From: Mobula hypostoma
Taxonomy: Eukaryota
Assembly (NCBI RefSeq): GCF_963921235.1
Contig: NC_086097.1
Location: 169,696,001-169,760,000 of the forward strand
Length of the DNA: 64,000 nt
Direction of reading: 5' to 3'
Below, in pieces: positions 49,361-61,569 of the stretch (positions are counted from its first letter, which is position 1; each line of letters starts with the position of its first letter). Below the pieces are notes generated by a model. The model ran no database searches. It saw only the letters and a list, made by a program, of their open reading frames with translations, and was not told where the DNA came from. A program made the translations under genes and the position numbers.

Positions 49361-52094
49361 ATGTTACGCTTATGATCGCTCTGTCTTTGTTCAGTCTTCC
49401 ATCTCCCCTCCCCGCATCATTAACCAGTCTCATCACCTGTTTACATTACCCTTCTCATGTTTATGCCAGCCTTTCATTGGAATTACAGTAGGAAACTGGC
49501 GGCTGACCCATAAAATCTCAGAGTTACTGCTTTATTTGAATGTGACCTTCTTAAATTTAGTGTGAGACTCTCAGCCTAATTTTAAAATGGATATGACTTC
49601 GTTTGCAAAGTAAAACAAATACAGTCTACCAGTCTTAGTCAGAAACGTGGCTGGGGCACAAAGAAAATTAAACTTTGCTTAAGTGGATGGAGTGATAACC
49701 TTTATAGAAAGTCTTCTCTGCAGGAATGTGACCATTTAAAATATTAGCTTGTGCTTTTCCAGATAGAATTTTGATGACTTACATGAAAGGCTTGCCAAAT
49801 GTTTCTCTGGCTGTTTTGTTTCTATCTTGTGTTTCTTCTTGCTTTTGGCTTTCAAAAACATTTGCTTGATCCCTTGGGAAAATACTCCATTTAGGGAATG
49901 AAATTTTTAAGGTGACTTAATTTTAAAGGAGCCAGACCTTGGAGCAGCAATGTATCATCATGCAGCAATTTTTGTTTTCAGTTGGGTTTCTGATTTCTGC
50001 ATTAATAGGATGTATGACAAAGAATTTCTAATTTGTTACATCTTCCCTGGGGTAAATCTTCACATTTGTCATTAAGGCCAGGCATAGCTCGTGATCAGCT
50101 GCCTTTTATACATGCTTCCTGACATCTAAGCTCTGTTGATTACATGTTGACTCTAATGGTGTTTTTGTAAAAATTTTAAATCAATAATAGAAGGAAATTT
50201 ATCAAGTATCAAAAAAGGAGAAAATTTTAAACAGCCCTTGTAAACAGTGACTTTTTGATAGAGTGCAATACATGACTAGATGTAAACCATTTTTAAACCA
50301 CTTACTGGGTTTAAAAAAATAAGTGTCAAAATATAACAGAAAACTTCAAAAGATAAAATTCTTCACTTACTAGAAATGTGGACCCTTGATACTTTAAAGC
50401 CATCTCACCAAATTACAGCAATCTGTTTGTAACTAACTGACATCATGGGCTGTAATGGAACCTGCTTACTAAATCTTATTAATATAATGTGTTATTTAAC
50501 AAAACATTACAGGGAAATTAGATGTATGCAGAAGGGAGAAAGGCACAGAAAGTATTTGTGATGAGATGAGATGTAGATTCGGTGGAAGTTCATGGACAGT
50601 AAGTGGTTCAAAGTAAATACTGAGTGAGCAGTCATTAACAGTGGTGAAAGTGTGGCCCAAGCCAGCAAACCCAGCATTTGTGTCTCTTAAATGGTTTTCT
50701 TTTTGGCTCTTTATGGTCTTGTCCTAATTGATAGCTCCATTTGTAGGGAAATGGAGGCACAAATCAATACTTTCTATAGGACAAAGGATAGACAGGATAA
50801 ACTGAAAAGGTCATATTCTTTCCCTCATGGGTAACCTTTGTAATGCAATCTTTAGGTCTAAATGACCATGGTTTGCACAATCAGATATTCTCTGCTTGAG
50901 ACAAGGACACATCCTCTTACCGAAGAATTGTAACTGAACTAGAACACGTTTTCATTGCCAAATGGGATTTACATTACCATTTTAAAAATTATTTATTCAA
51001 AAAGTAACTGTACAGCCAGTGAAGTTAATTACTGTGCCTCTGTTGTCACAGCAGCATAGAATGAGATAGGAAGGACTGAATGAATAGTTTTCAACCTTCT
51101 CATGAGTTGTGGTGCTGATGTCCCTGGGCTGTACTGAAGACAAGAGGAATTGAGATTGATCTGGTCACAGACAACCCAGGAGAAAAATCATAGACACATT
51201 AAATTTAATAAATTGATTTCAATTTGTTTAACTGTTCTTATTGATTAAACTTAAAGTGCTAAGGCTGCTTGACTAAGCAGTGCAGTTGTAATTTCTTGGA
51301 ATACATGCAACTAGAGTTGGCATTCCTGCTCTTAAATTTCAAATACATTCCATCAAAACTTAATACTTTGTAGAGCTTGTACTTAAACAGAAAAATAGGT
51401 TGTTTTCATTCATGTCTGTTATCTATTATTTTTACTGCTAGACAATAGTACCTTATGTTTTAGTATTTGCTAATGTGGTTCTTCTGAATAAATGAATGAT
51501 GGTATGTAAACATTCTATGTTTTGAAGTATTGGTTTTGCTTTTTCCCTCTTGAAGTCATGCTCATCTTTGTTTCATTCACCGTTGAAAGTAATAAGTAAA
51601 TGTTGACATTTATTGCACCCGTTGAGATCTGGTTCATTGTTGACACAGGTCATATTATCTGACAAGTTTGTTAGGACATGGTGAAATTGACAGTCAGGTT
51701 TAGAAATGGTGCCAGTCCGACGTTGCCTGAGCTTCCTGTTCAACCCTCTCTGCAGGATTTGTGAATGAGGCTTACAAAAGAAGTAGGATTGTAACATTAT
51801 TCAGGATTTAAGGTTATTTTACAGTGTTAACTTTGAGTGATGTTCCAATGAGATCACGCAAACTGTCTCAGTCAATGGCAATAAATTGTGCTGATCTCAT
51901 ATAGTGTCTACAACACTTTTGCCCTCTTACTGCCATGATGACTGGTATGATGTTTAAAGGATATGCTTAACATTTATAAGTACAGGTAGTAATCCAATCA
52001 AGAACTTTAAAAGGATTTGCAAACTACAAAGGTTACGTAGAGTAAGCATAGTTATCCATAGATACAGAATGGATTACTGCCTTGATTTCTTTCA

Positions 52095-52945
52095 CAAAAA
52101 GTTCTATTTTAACTTCATCAGTCCACAGGACTTTTTTCCGAAATGCAACAGGCTTGTTTAGATGTTTCTTTGCAAACTTCTGACGCTGAAATTTGGCCGC
52201 AATGAGCAAAGGTATGTTGGAGAAAAAAGGATGAAGAAAAAGAACCCCTCTCCAACTGTTAAGCACAGGGGTGGATCGATCATGCTTTGGGCTTGTGTTG
52301 CAGCCAGTGGCACGGGGAACATTTCACTGGTAGAGGGAAGAATGAATTCAATTAAATACCGGCAAATTCTGGAAGCAAGCATCACACCGTCTGTAAAAAA
52401 GCTGAAGATAAAAAGAGGACGGCTTCTACAACAGGATAATGATCCTAAACAGACCTCAAAATCCACAATGGACTACCTCAAGAGGCGCAAGCTGAAGGTT
52501 TTGCCATGGCCCTCACAGTCCCCCGACCTAAACATCATCGAAAATCTGCGGATAAACCTCAAAAGAGCAGTGCATGCAAGACGGCCCAAGAATCTCACAG
52601 AACTAGAAGCCTTTTGCAAGGAAGAATGGGTGAAAATCCCCCAAATAAGAGTTGAAAGACTCTTAGCTGGCTACGGAAAGCGTTTACAAGCTGTGATACT
52701 TGCCAAAGGGGGTGTTACTAAGTACTGCCATGCAGGGTGCCCAAACTTTTGCTTTGGGCCCTTTTCCTTTTTTGTTATTTTGAAACTGTAAAGGATGGAA
52801 ATTAAAAAATAATCTTGCTTAAAACATTAAAGAAATTTGTCATCTTTAACTTTATGCCTTTTGGAAATCAGGCCATCTTTTACTCGCTTAGCTATTCACA
52901 GTAACAGAAATTTTGACCAGGTGCCCAAACTTTTGCATGCCACTG
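52095..52945 (+). mobile_element. Tc1-family (DD34E) transposon remnant with right IR/DR terminal repeat; 5' part inverted and truncated
   Basis: PTVKHRGGSIMLWAC, QDNDPK and WPSQSPDLNIIE, with 34 residues between D and E. Repeat ggtgcccaaacttttgc at about 52736 and 52920. End CACTG|TA at 52945. The WTDE motif lies on the minus strand at 52095-52190. Confidence 0.92.
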
Positions 52946-53171
52946 TAGATCTGTCATTTTTGATTGGGCAAACTGCATATGGGCCAAGGTTGAAAAGACT
53001 TTGATAGCAAACAAGTTGAATCAAGAAATTGCAATTTGATGATGCTAACATTTCTGTTGGATTGATGGAGGAACAGAAGACTTCAAGTCATAGAACACTA
53101 AAGCATAGAACTAGACTCTTTGGCGCATCTAGTCTGTGCCAAACTAACTATCTGCCTAGTCCAATCAACCT

Positions 53172-53676
53172 CCACTCCGTCCGCCACAACAGACAGGATC
53201 TCCCGGTAGCCACCCACTTCAACTCTACTTCCCATTCCCATTCAGATATGTCCACACATGGCCTCCTCTACTGCCATGATGAGGCTAAACTCAGGTTGGA
53301 GGAGCAACACCTCATATATCGTCTAGGTAGTCTCCAACCCCTTGGTATGAACATAGAATTCTCCAACTTCTGGTAATTCCCTCCCCCTCCCTTCCTCTAA
53401 CCCTATTTCACTCTACCCCCTCCCCCAGCTCCCTCATGGTTCCACCTCCTTCTACTACCCATTCTTTTCAGGGCTATGATGTCAATGCTTCCCCTCCCCA
53501 TCCCTTTGTCTTTCAAATTACTGGTCTTTCAACTGAAGCTACAAGCATTTTTCAAATCTTTCCCCATCTTTCATTCTTCAGTCCTGACGAAGGGTTCCGG
53601 CCTGAAATGTCGACTCATCGTTTCTAACTGATGCTGCCCGACCTGCTGAGTTCATCCAGTGTACTGAAAGTGTTGC
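53172..53676 (+). mobile_element. Penelope-like element 3' end (GIY-YIG endonuclease C-terminus plus pLTR with hammerhead), 12-bp TSD, inserted in a CR1 3' UTR
   Basis: HSVRHNRQDLPVATHFNSTSHSHSDM...RLEEQHLIYRLGSLQPLGMNIEF. TSD tccaatcaacct at 53160-53171 and 53677-53688. The host CR1 tail (minus strand) spans about 53090-53880. Confidence 0.9.
53580..53615 (+). ncRNA. Minimal type I hammerhead ribozyme motif (putative)
   Basis: AGUC-CUGACGA-A-GGGUUCCGGCCU-GAAA-UGUC-GACU. Confidence 0.6.
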
Positions 53677-54234
53677 TCCAATCAACCTGCACCCCGGACC
53701 ATAGCCCTCCATACCCCTCCCATCCATGTACTTAAACAAATTTCTCTTAAGTGTTGAAATCGAACCTGTATCCACCACTTGTGCTGGCAGCTCATTCCAC
53801 ACTCTTACCACCTTCTGAGTGGAGAAGATCCCCCTCATGTTCCCTTTATACATTTCACATTTCATCCTTAACCCATTACTTGGTAAGTAAAGGGTTATGA
53901 AATAGAGACATGAAGGAAAACAAATTAGAAAAAAAACCCTTGAAATTCCATTGCACAATGCTGTTATTTTAAAGTGATAGGGAGTTATAAAAATGAAACA
54001 AGCCCTCTGTCTATCCATCAACCACTGATGCATTTTTTTCTACTCCCCACACTCTCATCAACTCCTCAGATCCTACCACTCACTGACACGAGTGGCAAGT
54101 TGTGATGGCCAGTTAACCTACCAAGCTGCACATCATGGAATGTGGGAGAAAAACAGAGCACCTGGAAGAAAGCCTTGCTGTCCCTGGGAGAATATGCAAA
54201 CTCTACACAGACAACACAGGAGGCTGGGATTAAA

Positions 54235-54545
54235 AACGCAAACATGAGGAAATCTGCAGATGCTGGAAATGTAAGCAACACACACAAAATGCTGGTGAAT
54301 GCAGCAGGCCAGGCAGCATCTCTAGGAAGAGGTACAGTCAACGTTTCGGGCCAAGACCCTTCGTCAGGACTAACTGAAAGAAGAGAGTGAAGATGAAGGT
54401 AGAAGGTGGTGAGGGTGTCGAATGAGCTGCCAGCACAAGTAGTTCTTTCAGTTAGTCCTGACGAAGGGTCTTGGCCTGAACCGTCGATTGTACCTCTTCC
54501 AATAGATGCTGCCAGGTCTGCTGTGTTCACCAGCATTTTGTGTGA
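54235..54545. mobile_element. Fold-back Penelope-derived element with two opposed hammerhead motifs, CR1 filler and 15-bp TSD
   Basis: gaggctgggattaaa at 54220-54234 and 54546-54560. About 100-bp inverted arms. Confidence 0.9.
54336..54371 (-). ncRNA. Minimal type I hammerhead ribozyme motif (best-preserved copy)
   Basis: AGUC-CUGACGA-A-GGGU-CUUG-GCCC-GAAA-CGUU-GACU. Stems I and II are fully paired, stem III is the palindrome ACGU, and the cleavage triplet is GUU. Confidence 0.68.
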
Positions 54546-54689
54546 GAGGCTGGGATTAAACCCGGGTCTCTGCCGGAGTAAATTAGTGGTAATGATCTGG
54601 ATCCTCATTGCCCCCAGCACCAGGAGCTTATTCTCACTGACTGATTACAAGACCAAGACCAAGACCGGGTCCTGCCTAGAACAACCAAC

Positions 54690-55960
54690 ACAATGGGCCA
54701 AAGTCAGCATGGTTTTCTTAAGGGAAAACCTCGTCTGACAAATCTGTTGGAATTCTTTGAGGAAATAACAAGCAGGATAGACAAAGCAGAATTGGTGGAT
54801 GCTGTGTGTACTTGGATTTTCAGAAGCCCTTTGACAAGGTGCCACACCTGAGGCTGCTTAGCAAGGTAAGAGTCATGGTATTACAGGAAAGATGCTAGCA
54901 TAGATAGAAGATTGGCTGACTGACAGGATGCAAAGTGTGAGAATAAAGGGTGCCTCTTCTGATTGGCTTCTGGTGTTCTGCAGGGGTTAGTGGTGGGACC
55001 GATTCTTTTATGTCAATGATTTAATGGCCAGGTTTGTGGACGATACAAAGATAGGTGTAGGGGCAGATAAAGTAGAGGAAGCAGGGAGGCTGTAGAAGCA
55101 CTTAGACAGATTAGGAGAACGGGCAAAGAAGTAGCAGATGAAATACAGTGTCAGGAAGTATATGGTCATGAACTTTGGTAGAAAAAATAAATCGGTAGAA
55201 TATCTTATAAACAAGCCAAAAATTAAAAAAAATCCGAGGAGCAAAGGGTCTTGGGAGTCTTCGTGCAGGATTCCCTAAAAGTTAACTTGCAGGTTGAGTC
55301 GGTGGTGAGGAAGGCAAATGTAGTGTTGGCATTCATTTTGAGAGGACAAGAATATAAAAACAAGGATGTAATGCTGAGGCTTTATAAGGCACTGGTGAGG
55401 CCTCACTTGGAGTATCGTGAGCAGATTTGGCCCCTTATCCAAGAAGGGATGTGCTGACATTGGAGAGGGTTACAAGGAGGTTCACAAAAATGATTCTGGG
55501 ATTGAAAGGCTTATCATATGAGGAGCATTTGATGGCTCTGGGCCTGTAGTCGCTGGGACTTCGAAGATTGGTGGTGGGGGGGAATCTCATTGAAACCTTT
55601 CGATTGATGAAAGGTCTAGATAGGGTACATATGGAGAGGATGTTTTCAATAGTGCGGGAGTCTAGGACCCAGAGGCTACAACCTCAGTAAAGAGGGATGT
55701 CCATTTAGAATGGAGATGAGGAACAATTTCTATAGCCAGAGAGTGTCAATCTGAGGAATTCACTGCCACAGACAGCTGTGGAGGCCAGGTCATTAATTGT
55801 ATTTAAGGCAAAAGTTGATAGATTCTTGATAAGTCAGGGCATAGAAGGTTATGGGGAGAAGGCAGGAGAATGGGGTTGAGAGAGAAATGGATCAGCCATG
55901 ATCAGATTGCAGAGCAGACACAATGGGCCGAATGGCCTAATTCTGCTTCAATGTCTTATA
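54690..55960 (+). mobile_element. CR1 LINE 3' half
   Basis: gtacttggattttcagaagccctttgacaagg (YLDF..AFD-like), LYKALVRPHLEYREQIW, and a CR1 3' UTR ending aatgtcttata. Confidence 0.88.
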
Positions 55961-56955
55961 TTGTGATGCTTTCGCTGCTTCCTTCACCAGTTTCCAGTAT
56001 CTCCTGTAACCTGTCCCAAGAATCCTAAGTCACCCACCTTTGTATCCACTAAAATCATGCCAACCCTTGAGCCACATCAATTCCACGTCAAGGTCTTTGC
56101 TGAACCCATCAATATCATGCCAATTTCTTGCCTATACTCCCAACACCAGTTTGTTCCTTCCTGTACCCTCCAATACCAAGTGCCAGCCTCTCCCTCAATC
56201 AATGCCAGTATAGTGCTAGTCTGTGCCCCCACACTAAGTTCAACCCCAATACCAAATGCTGGTCTCTCTCCCAAACACTTCAGTATCATGCAGTACTCTC
56301 CTCTAAACTCCCCAACACAGTGTTGATTTATCCTAAAGCGCCAACAATCTTTCCTTTGCTGTCCCAACACCAAGTGCTTCACAATTTACCCTGTTTTGAC
56401 CTTTTACATGTTTGTCTACCTGCACTGCATTTTCTCTGTAACTGCTAATTTTATTCTGCACCCTGTTATTGTTTTACCTTGTTCTACTTCAAAGTACTGT
56501 GTAGTGATCTGATCTGTATGAATGGTATGCAAGATAAATTTTTCACTGTATGTTTGTACATGTGGTAATAATAAAACAGTGACCAGTCCAAGCCTTGGGA
56601 AGTTTTTGTGGAATGGTTTCTTACTAGAGCTGGTAAGCATGCATGAGGGAATAGGTTATTGGAATTAAGTAGGGAAATAGGATGATGGGATTGCTCTGAA
56701 GGCCTCCTATGTCATAAGAAAATATGAGAACTGATCTAGGACTAATGATGAAAACAGTTGGTGTGCATATCTAATGCATTCTAGGGGTACAACTGAAGTT
56801 CCTAAGCAGACAATGAAGCAAATTGCAAGACAGTGGAAGGAAATAATGGGATGCTGCAGCCACTGCAGTCGCATTTCTTTTTTTCTCAAAGCTATGTGTT
56901 GCAGGTGTCTCAAAACTGCTCCCCCAGTTTCATCAGCCAGTACCCCACATCATAG

Positions 56956-57087
<132 letters not shown>

Positions 57088-58550
57088 TAAGAATTATCTG
57101 TAATTATGATTTTCTTAGTGGTAATGTAAGATCTTTGATTCTTTAGATGACTAAACTACAATGGCAAGTGCTTGAAATACTCAGCAGGTTCAGTGGAGAG
57201 CTTTCTTACTAGAACTTCTTGGTTCTGATGAAAGGTCATCAAATAGAAAATGCCACAGACAGCTGTCTGCTTTTACCTTCATTGATGCTGCCTGACCTGC
57301 TGAGAATTTCAAGCATGTTTGATGCTTTATTTCCGATTTCCAGCAACTGGAGCGTTTTGCTTTTGCACAAGTTATTGGACGTATTTCATTTTTTAATAGA
57401 ATGGAATTGCGACTGCTGATAGAATGGGGTGAGAGTGAAAGGGCAACCCACATTACACATTGCCAAGTTTCTTTTATTGTTATATTAAATGTCTGTCTAG
57501 CCTGGGATGAAGTGTAATTGTAAATTTTGCCAGCTGTGTTTGGATCCCATTTGCTGAGACTAGAATAATCAGTTTCTGCTAATTGAAGACCTGAATATAC
57601 GATTGGATGGCCTTCAGTTACTATTGGATCTTGGTGGTAAACACTCCATTGATTCAGATATTGGTGATCACTGTAATTTTTTTATGATATCTGTTCTTCT
57701 TTATATAGTTTAACTTATTAAGGTTTATGTCCATGTTTGTATAAGTTTGACTCTGATTGTGGTAAACAATTGATTCACATCATTCTTGACCTACCACAGC
57801 TTTCAAAAACACCCCTTCCATGCATTTCCATGACTTCCCACTGGCTTTAGTGCCTTTCTCTTCTATTGATTCGCAACGTTAGAATCTTCAGTGGTGTCTC
57901 TTCCTACTATTGAACAGTCATCTCTGAATTTTATCCTTGGAGCCATCTTATTTTGCATCTGTAAATTTTTAACTCTGGCATATATCACCTCAATTGATCC
58001 CTCCACTGCTGTTATTTTGTCACATCTCTTGCCTGAAATCTTATATTGGGTGACCTGAAATTTTCTCCTACTAAAGTCTCACCCGTTTTTTATCTGTGAA
58101 ATATTCTCTAATCCATCAACTCTTTGAAATTTCTTCTATATTCCTGTGCTGTTACACAACTCCTATTATAACTACACTATCATTTGTTTCAGTTGCCTTG
58201 GACCGAAACTTTGAAACTGTCATTTTCAGTCTTGATTCTCTAGACTTTGACCGAGGCCAATTGCATTTGTTTGATCGATCTCTGTTTAGTTGAGATTTTG
58301 GTTCACTTGGACACCGTCTCAGATTCTAGTAGGATGCATTTAGTCATCTAAAAGTGAGAAAAGTATTTTAAATTTAGTTAACCTGTAGATATGCAAGGAT
58401 TAGTTTAGTTGACTTATAGCTACTGACCTTCGAGTGTCCCATTTGCAAAATGAACTATCTATCTACATCAGAGTGCAGGGATAGTGTGTTGCTTCATTAA
58501 CTATGAATCTTTAAAGAAAATTTCTTATTATGAATTATTTTTAATTGCAG

Positions 58551-58720
58551 AGATCTTAGAGGGAATTCTTTTCATTGTGACTGCAAACTGAAGTGGCTGG
58601 TGGAATGGTTAAGCAGCACAAATGCAACAGTTGATCAGATCTACTGTGCCAGTCCGTTGGAGTATCAGGGTCGTAAAATCAATAACCTTTCACTGAAGGA
58701 ATTTGACTGCATAACAACAG
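58551..58720 (+). CDS. LGI1: LGI1-like exon 6 (LRRCT, 170 nt)
   Basis: ttgcag|A ... [56 protein letters not shown] ... G|gtgatt. Confidence 0.95.
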
Positions 58721-58817
58721 GTGATTGCAACAAAACAACTTTATCATACTGAAGTGGTAGAACCCTGATTGATGCATTAACTTATCCCATTGTTATCTTT
58801 CCCCTTTTGTCTTATAG

Positions 58818-58982
58818 AGTTTGCTGTGGATCAAATTTTACAATTTCAGTCTCTTTCGATAGAAGCCTTTACCTTCATGAATGATGCCAATGTCGTCATT
58901 GCACAGCCTGCTGTGGGGAAGTGTAGCTTTTTTGAATGGGATCACGTGGAGATGGTTTTCAGAAACTATGACAACATTATTG
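58818..58982 (+). CDS. LGI1: LGI1-like exon 7 (first EPTP repeat, 165 nt)
   Basis: cttatag|AG ... [17 protein letters not shown]...[16 protein letters not shown] ... G|gtatgg. Confidence 0.95.
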
Positions 58983-60324
58983 GTATGGACAGGAAACAAT
59001 GATCAGTGTTGTCACCTGCTCTGTTTGTGGCCTGACTGTCCAATTTCTTTCTGTTCCTGGACTTCAAAAATGCTCCACTTTTAACTGCTGTGTCGACAGC
59101 TCCCTGTCCTAATGTCTGAAATTTCCCTGCAATTCATCTGTGTCTCATTTATGTTGCTCCAAAGTGTGTCCTTCTTTGGCCAAGTTTTTGGTCCCATTAT
59201 CTCTTTATGTGGTTCGGTATTGAGTTTTGTCTGATTATGTTTCTTGGTGGACAGTTTACTACATTAGAGGTACCGTATAACTGTGTGTTGCCCTTTTTAA
59301 TATATTATAGTCTTCACCTCCCTATACACTTTCTAGAAACCTCATAAAATCATAAAAAAATAGTGACATAGCAGAGTATTCAGCTCATTATGTGAATTGT
59401 TGGCTGTAACAGAGCTAGATTCTGATGTAGGGCCTTGACCCTAAATGTCAACTATCCCTCTGCTTCTGCACTTAGTTTCTCTGGTAGCTTGTTGTTTGCT
59501 GTTGACGGCAATTGTGTTTTCCATATTTCACCCCATAATTTTTTGGGTCATAACTTCTGAAATGCAGTAAGGGTTTCTGCCTTTGCCAGCTTTTCTTGCA
59601 GTAAGTTCCAGAGAATCACCACGTATTGGGTAAGAAAAACTGATTTTAATTCTTCTGCCTTAAATTCTGTGCCAGTTAATTATCAGGAGTAGCCCAATCA
59701 GCTTGATGAGCCTGGTTCATCATTCAACAAATATATGCTGATCTCAACACCACTTACCTTCTCTCTCCTCATGCACCCTGACTCCTTCATATTTCAAAAG
59801 TGTTTGACAATTCTCCTTTGAATACATTCAATTACTCCACAGCTACAGCTTGCCAGAGTGGAAGATCCAATTGAAGAAGCATCCTCCTTATCCCAAAGCT
59901 AGTTATTTATTAGGTCCTCCTATTCATCCATTTAAGGCCTCCATTGGTTTTCTGTACCTTCACAAAATCTTCTGTATGCCTCCTCTGGTTCAAAGAAACA
60001 GGTCCAATCATACCAATCTTTACTAATAACTAAATATCTTCATTGTAGGCAGGAGTATGATAGCACCAGCAAGCATTTGGTGTTGCTGTCTACAATGAAC
60101 CCCACCACATTTAATTCTTCTATCTTTAAATTTATGTCACTTAATATTAAAACCTATGACCTGAAATGTATATTGTATCTCCATTTAAACTTTGAATTTT
60201 TATAAAATGTAAATTTAAATCTAATATAAAATATCAAAATTTTGTATTTATATTTTGCATTAAAACATAATTATATTTATATTATATTTAAGTTTAATTT
60301 ATATTTAAATTAATATATAAAAGA

Positions 60325-60660
60325 GGGTCATGATAGTGTAGCAGTTATTGTAAAGCTTTACATTGCCAGCGATCGGTAGATTGGGATTCAGTTCCTGCTG
60401 CTGACTGTAAGCTGTTAGTACATTCTTCCCATCTCTGTGTGAGTTTCCTCTGGGCACTCTGGTTTCTCCCCACATTCAAAAAAGATGTATGGGTTAGTGT
60501 TTGTAAGTTGTGGGCATGTTATATTGGTGCTGGATGCATAGTGACACTTATGGGCTGGCCCCAGCACAATTCTTGGACTGCGTTGGTCTTTGACACAAAT
60601 GACACATTTCATTATATGTTTTGATGTACATTTGACATTTAATCTTTATCTTTGATCTTT
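60325..60660 (+). mobile_element. V-SINE-like tRNA-derived SINE
   Basis: tagtgtagcagtta...gggattcagttcctg head, gtttcctctgggcactctggtttctccccacattcaaa centre, (aatcttt)n-like tail. Confidence 0.7.
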
Positions 60661-60748
60661 CTTTAAGACTTAACAGCTTAAGGTATGACAGTGGTGTTAG
60701 ATTACGCCTTTTCTTGATTGATGACTAACATTCCTTTTCTTGGCGCAG

Positions 60749-61569
60749 GGAGCTCCACTGTGTTCTGCAAGCCACTGGTTATTGATGACCAACTATTTAT
60801 TATTATGGCCCAGTTATTTGGTGGCTCTCACATCTATAAGAGGGATAGTTTTGCCAACAAGTTCATCAAGATGCAAGATGTAGACAACATTAAGATCAGG
60901 AAACCGAATGACATTGAGACATTCAAAATAGAAGGAGAATGGTACTTTGTTATAGCAGACACCTCAAAGGCTGGATCAACTACAGTGTACAAGTGGAATG
61001 GAAACGGATTCTACTCTCATCAAAGTCTACATTCATGGTTCAGAGACACTGATGTGGAGTACCTCGAAATAGCTAATAAGCCACACTTAATCTTGTCAAG
61101 TAGCTCCCAGCGTCCTGTCATATTCCAGTGGAACAAAAACCAGAAACAGTTTGTGTGGCGCACAGATATTCCAGAGATGGAGGACGTGTATGCAGTGAAA
61201 CATTTTGTAGTCAAGGATGATCTCTACATTTGCCTTACCAGGTTCATAGGAGACTCCAAGCTGATGAAATGGGAAGCCTCCAGATTTGTGGAAAAGCAGA
61301 CCTTTCCATCTCGTGGTGCCATGGTCTTTCAGCCTCTCCAAATAAATGGCTGGCAGTATGCTATTCTTGGCAGTGATTACTCCTTCACCCAAGTCTACCG
61401 CTGGGAAACCAAAAAAAGCAAATTTGTGAAATTCCAGGAACTTAACATACAAGCTCCACGGTCATTTACATTTGTGTTGACAGACAATCGTGAGTTCATG
61501 TTCAGTTCAAGTTTCAAAGGAAACACACTAATATATAAACATGTCACTATTGACTTAAGCACAATATGA
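60749..61569 (+). CDS. LGI1: LGI1-like exon 8 (EPTP/EAR beta-propeller, stop)
   Basis: cttttcttggcgcag|GG ... [65 protein letters not shown]. Spliced CDS is 1629 nt, 542 aa. Confidence 0.96.

Larger units (their letters stand above)
54070..54572 (-). mobile_element. V-SINE-like tRNA-derived SINE interrupted by a fold-back element
   Basis: Minus strand cccgggtttaatcccagcctcctgtgttgtctgtgtagagtttgcatattctccc...ttctcccacattcca...ggtaggttaactggcc. Confidence 0.75.

Noticed and set aside
48924..49436. 170-aa Ser/Pro/Leu-rich ORF
   Set aside because: Low-complexity purine/pyrimidine tract that lacks stops for compositional reasons.
54066..54620. 184-aa ORF and similar ORFs containing DAAWPA/AGQAAS peptides
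   Set aside because: Translations of the non-coding fold-back repeat. The peptides recur because the DNA repeat recurs.
60110..60325. Very AT-rich tract with short palindromes
   Set aside because: Low complexity. The palindromes are expected at this composition.
60718..60748. ATG-initiated N-terminus of the 283-aa ORF as a standalone gene
   Set aside because: This part is intronic (branch point and polypyrimidine tract). The real exon starts at 60749 after the AG.
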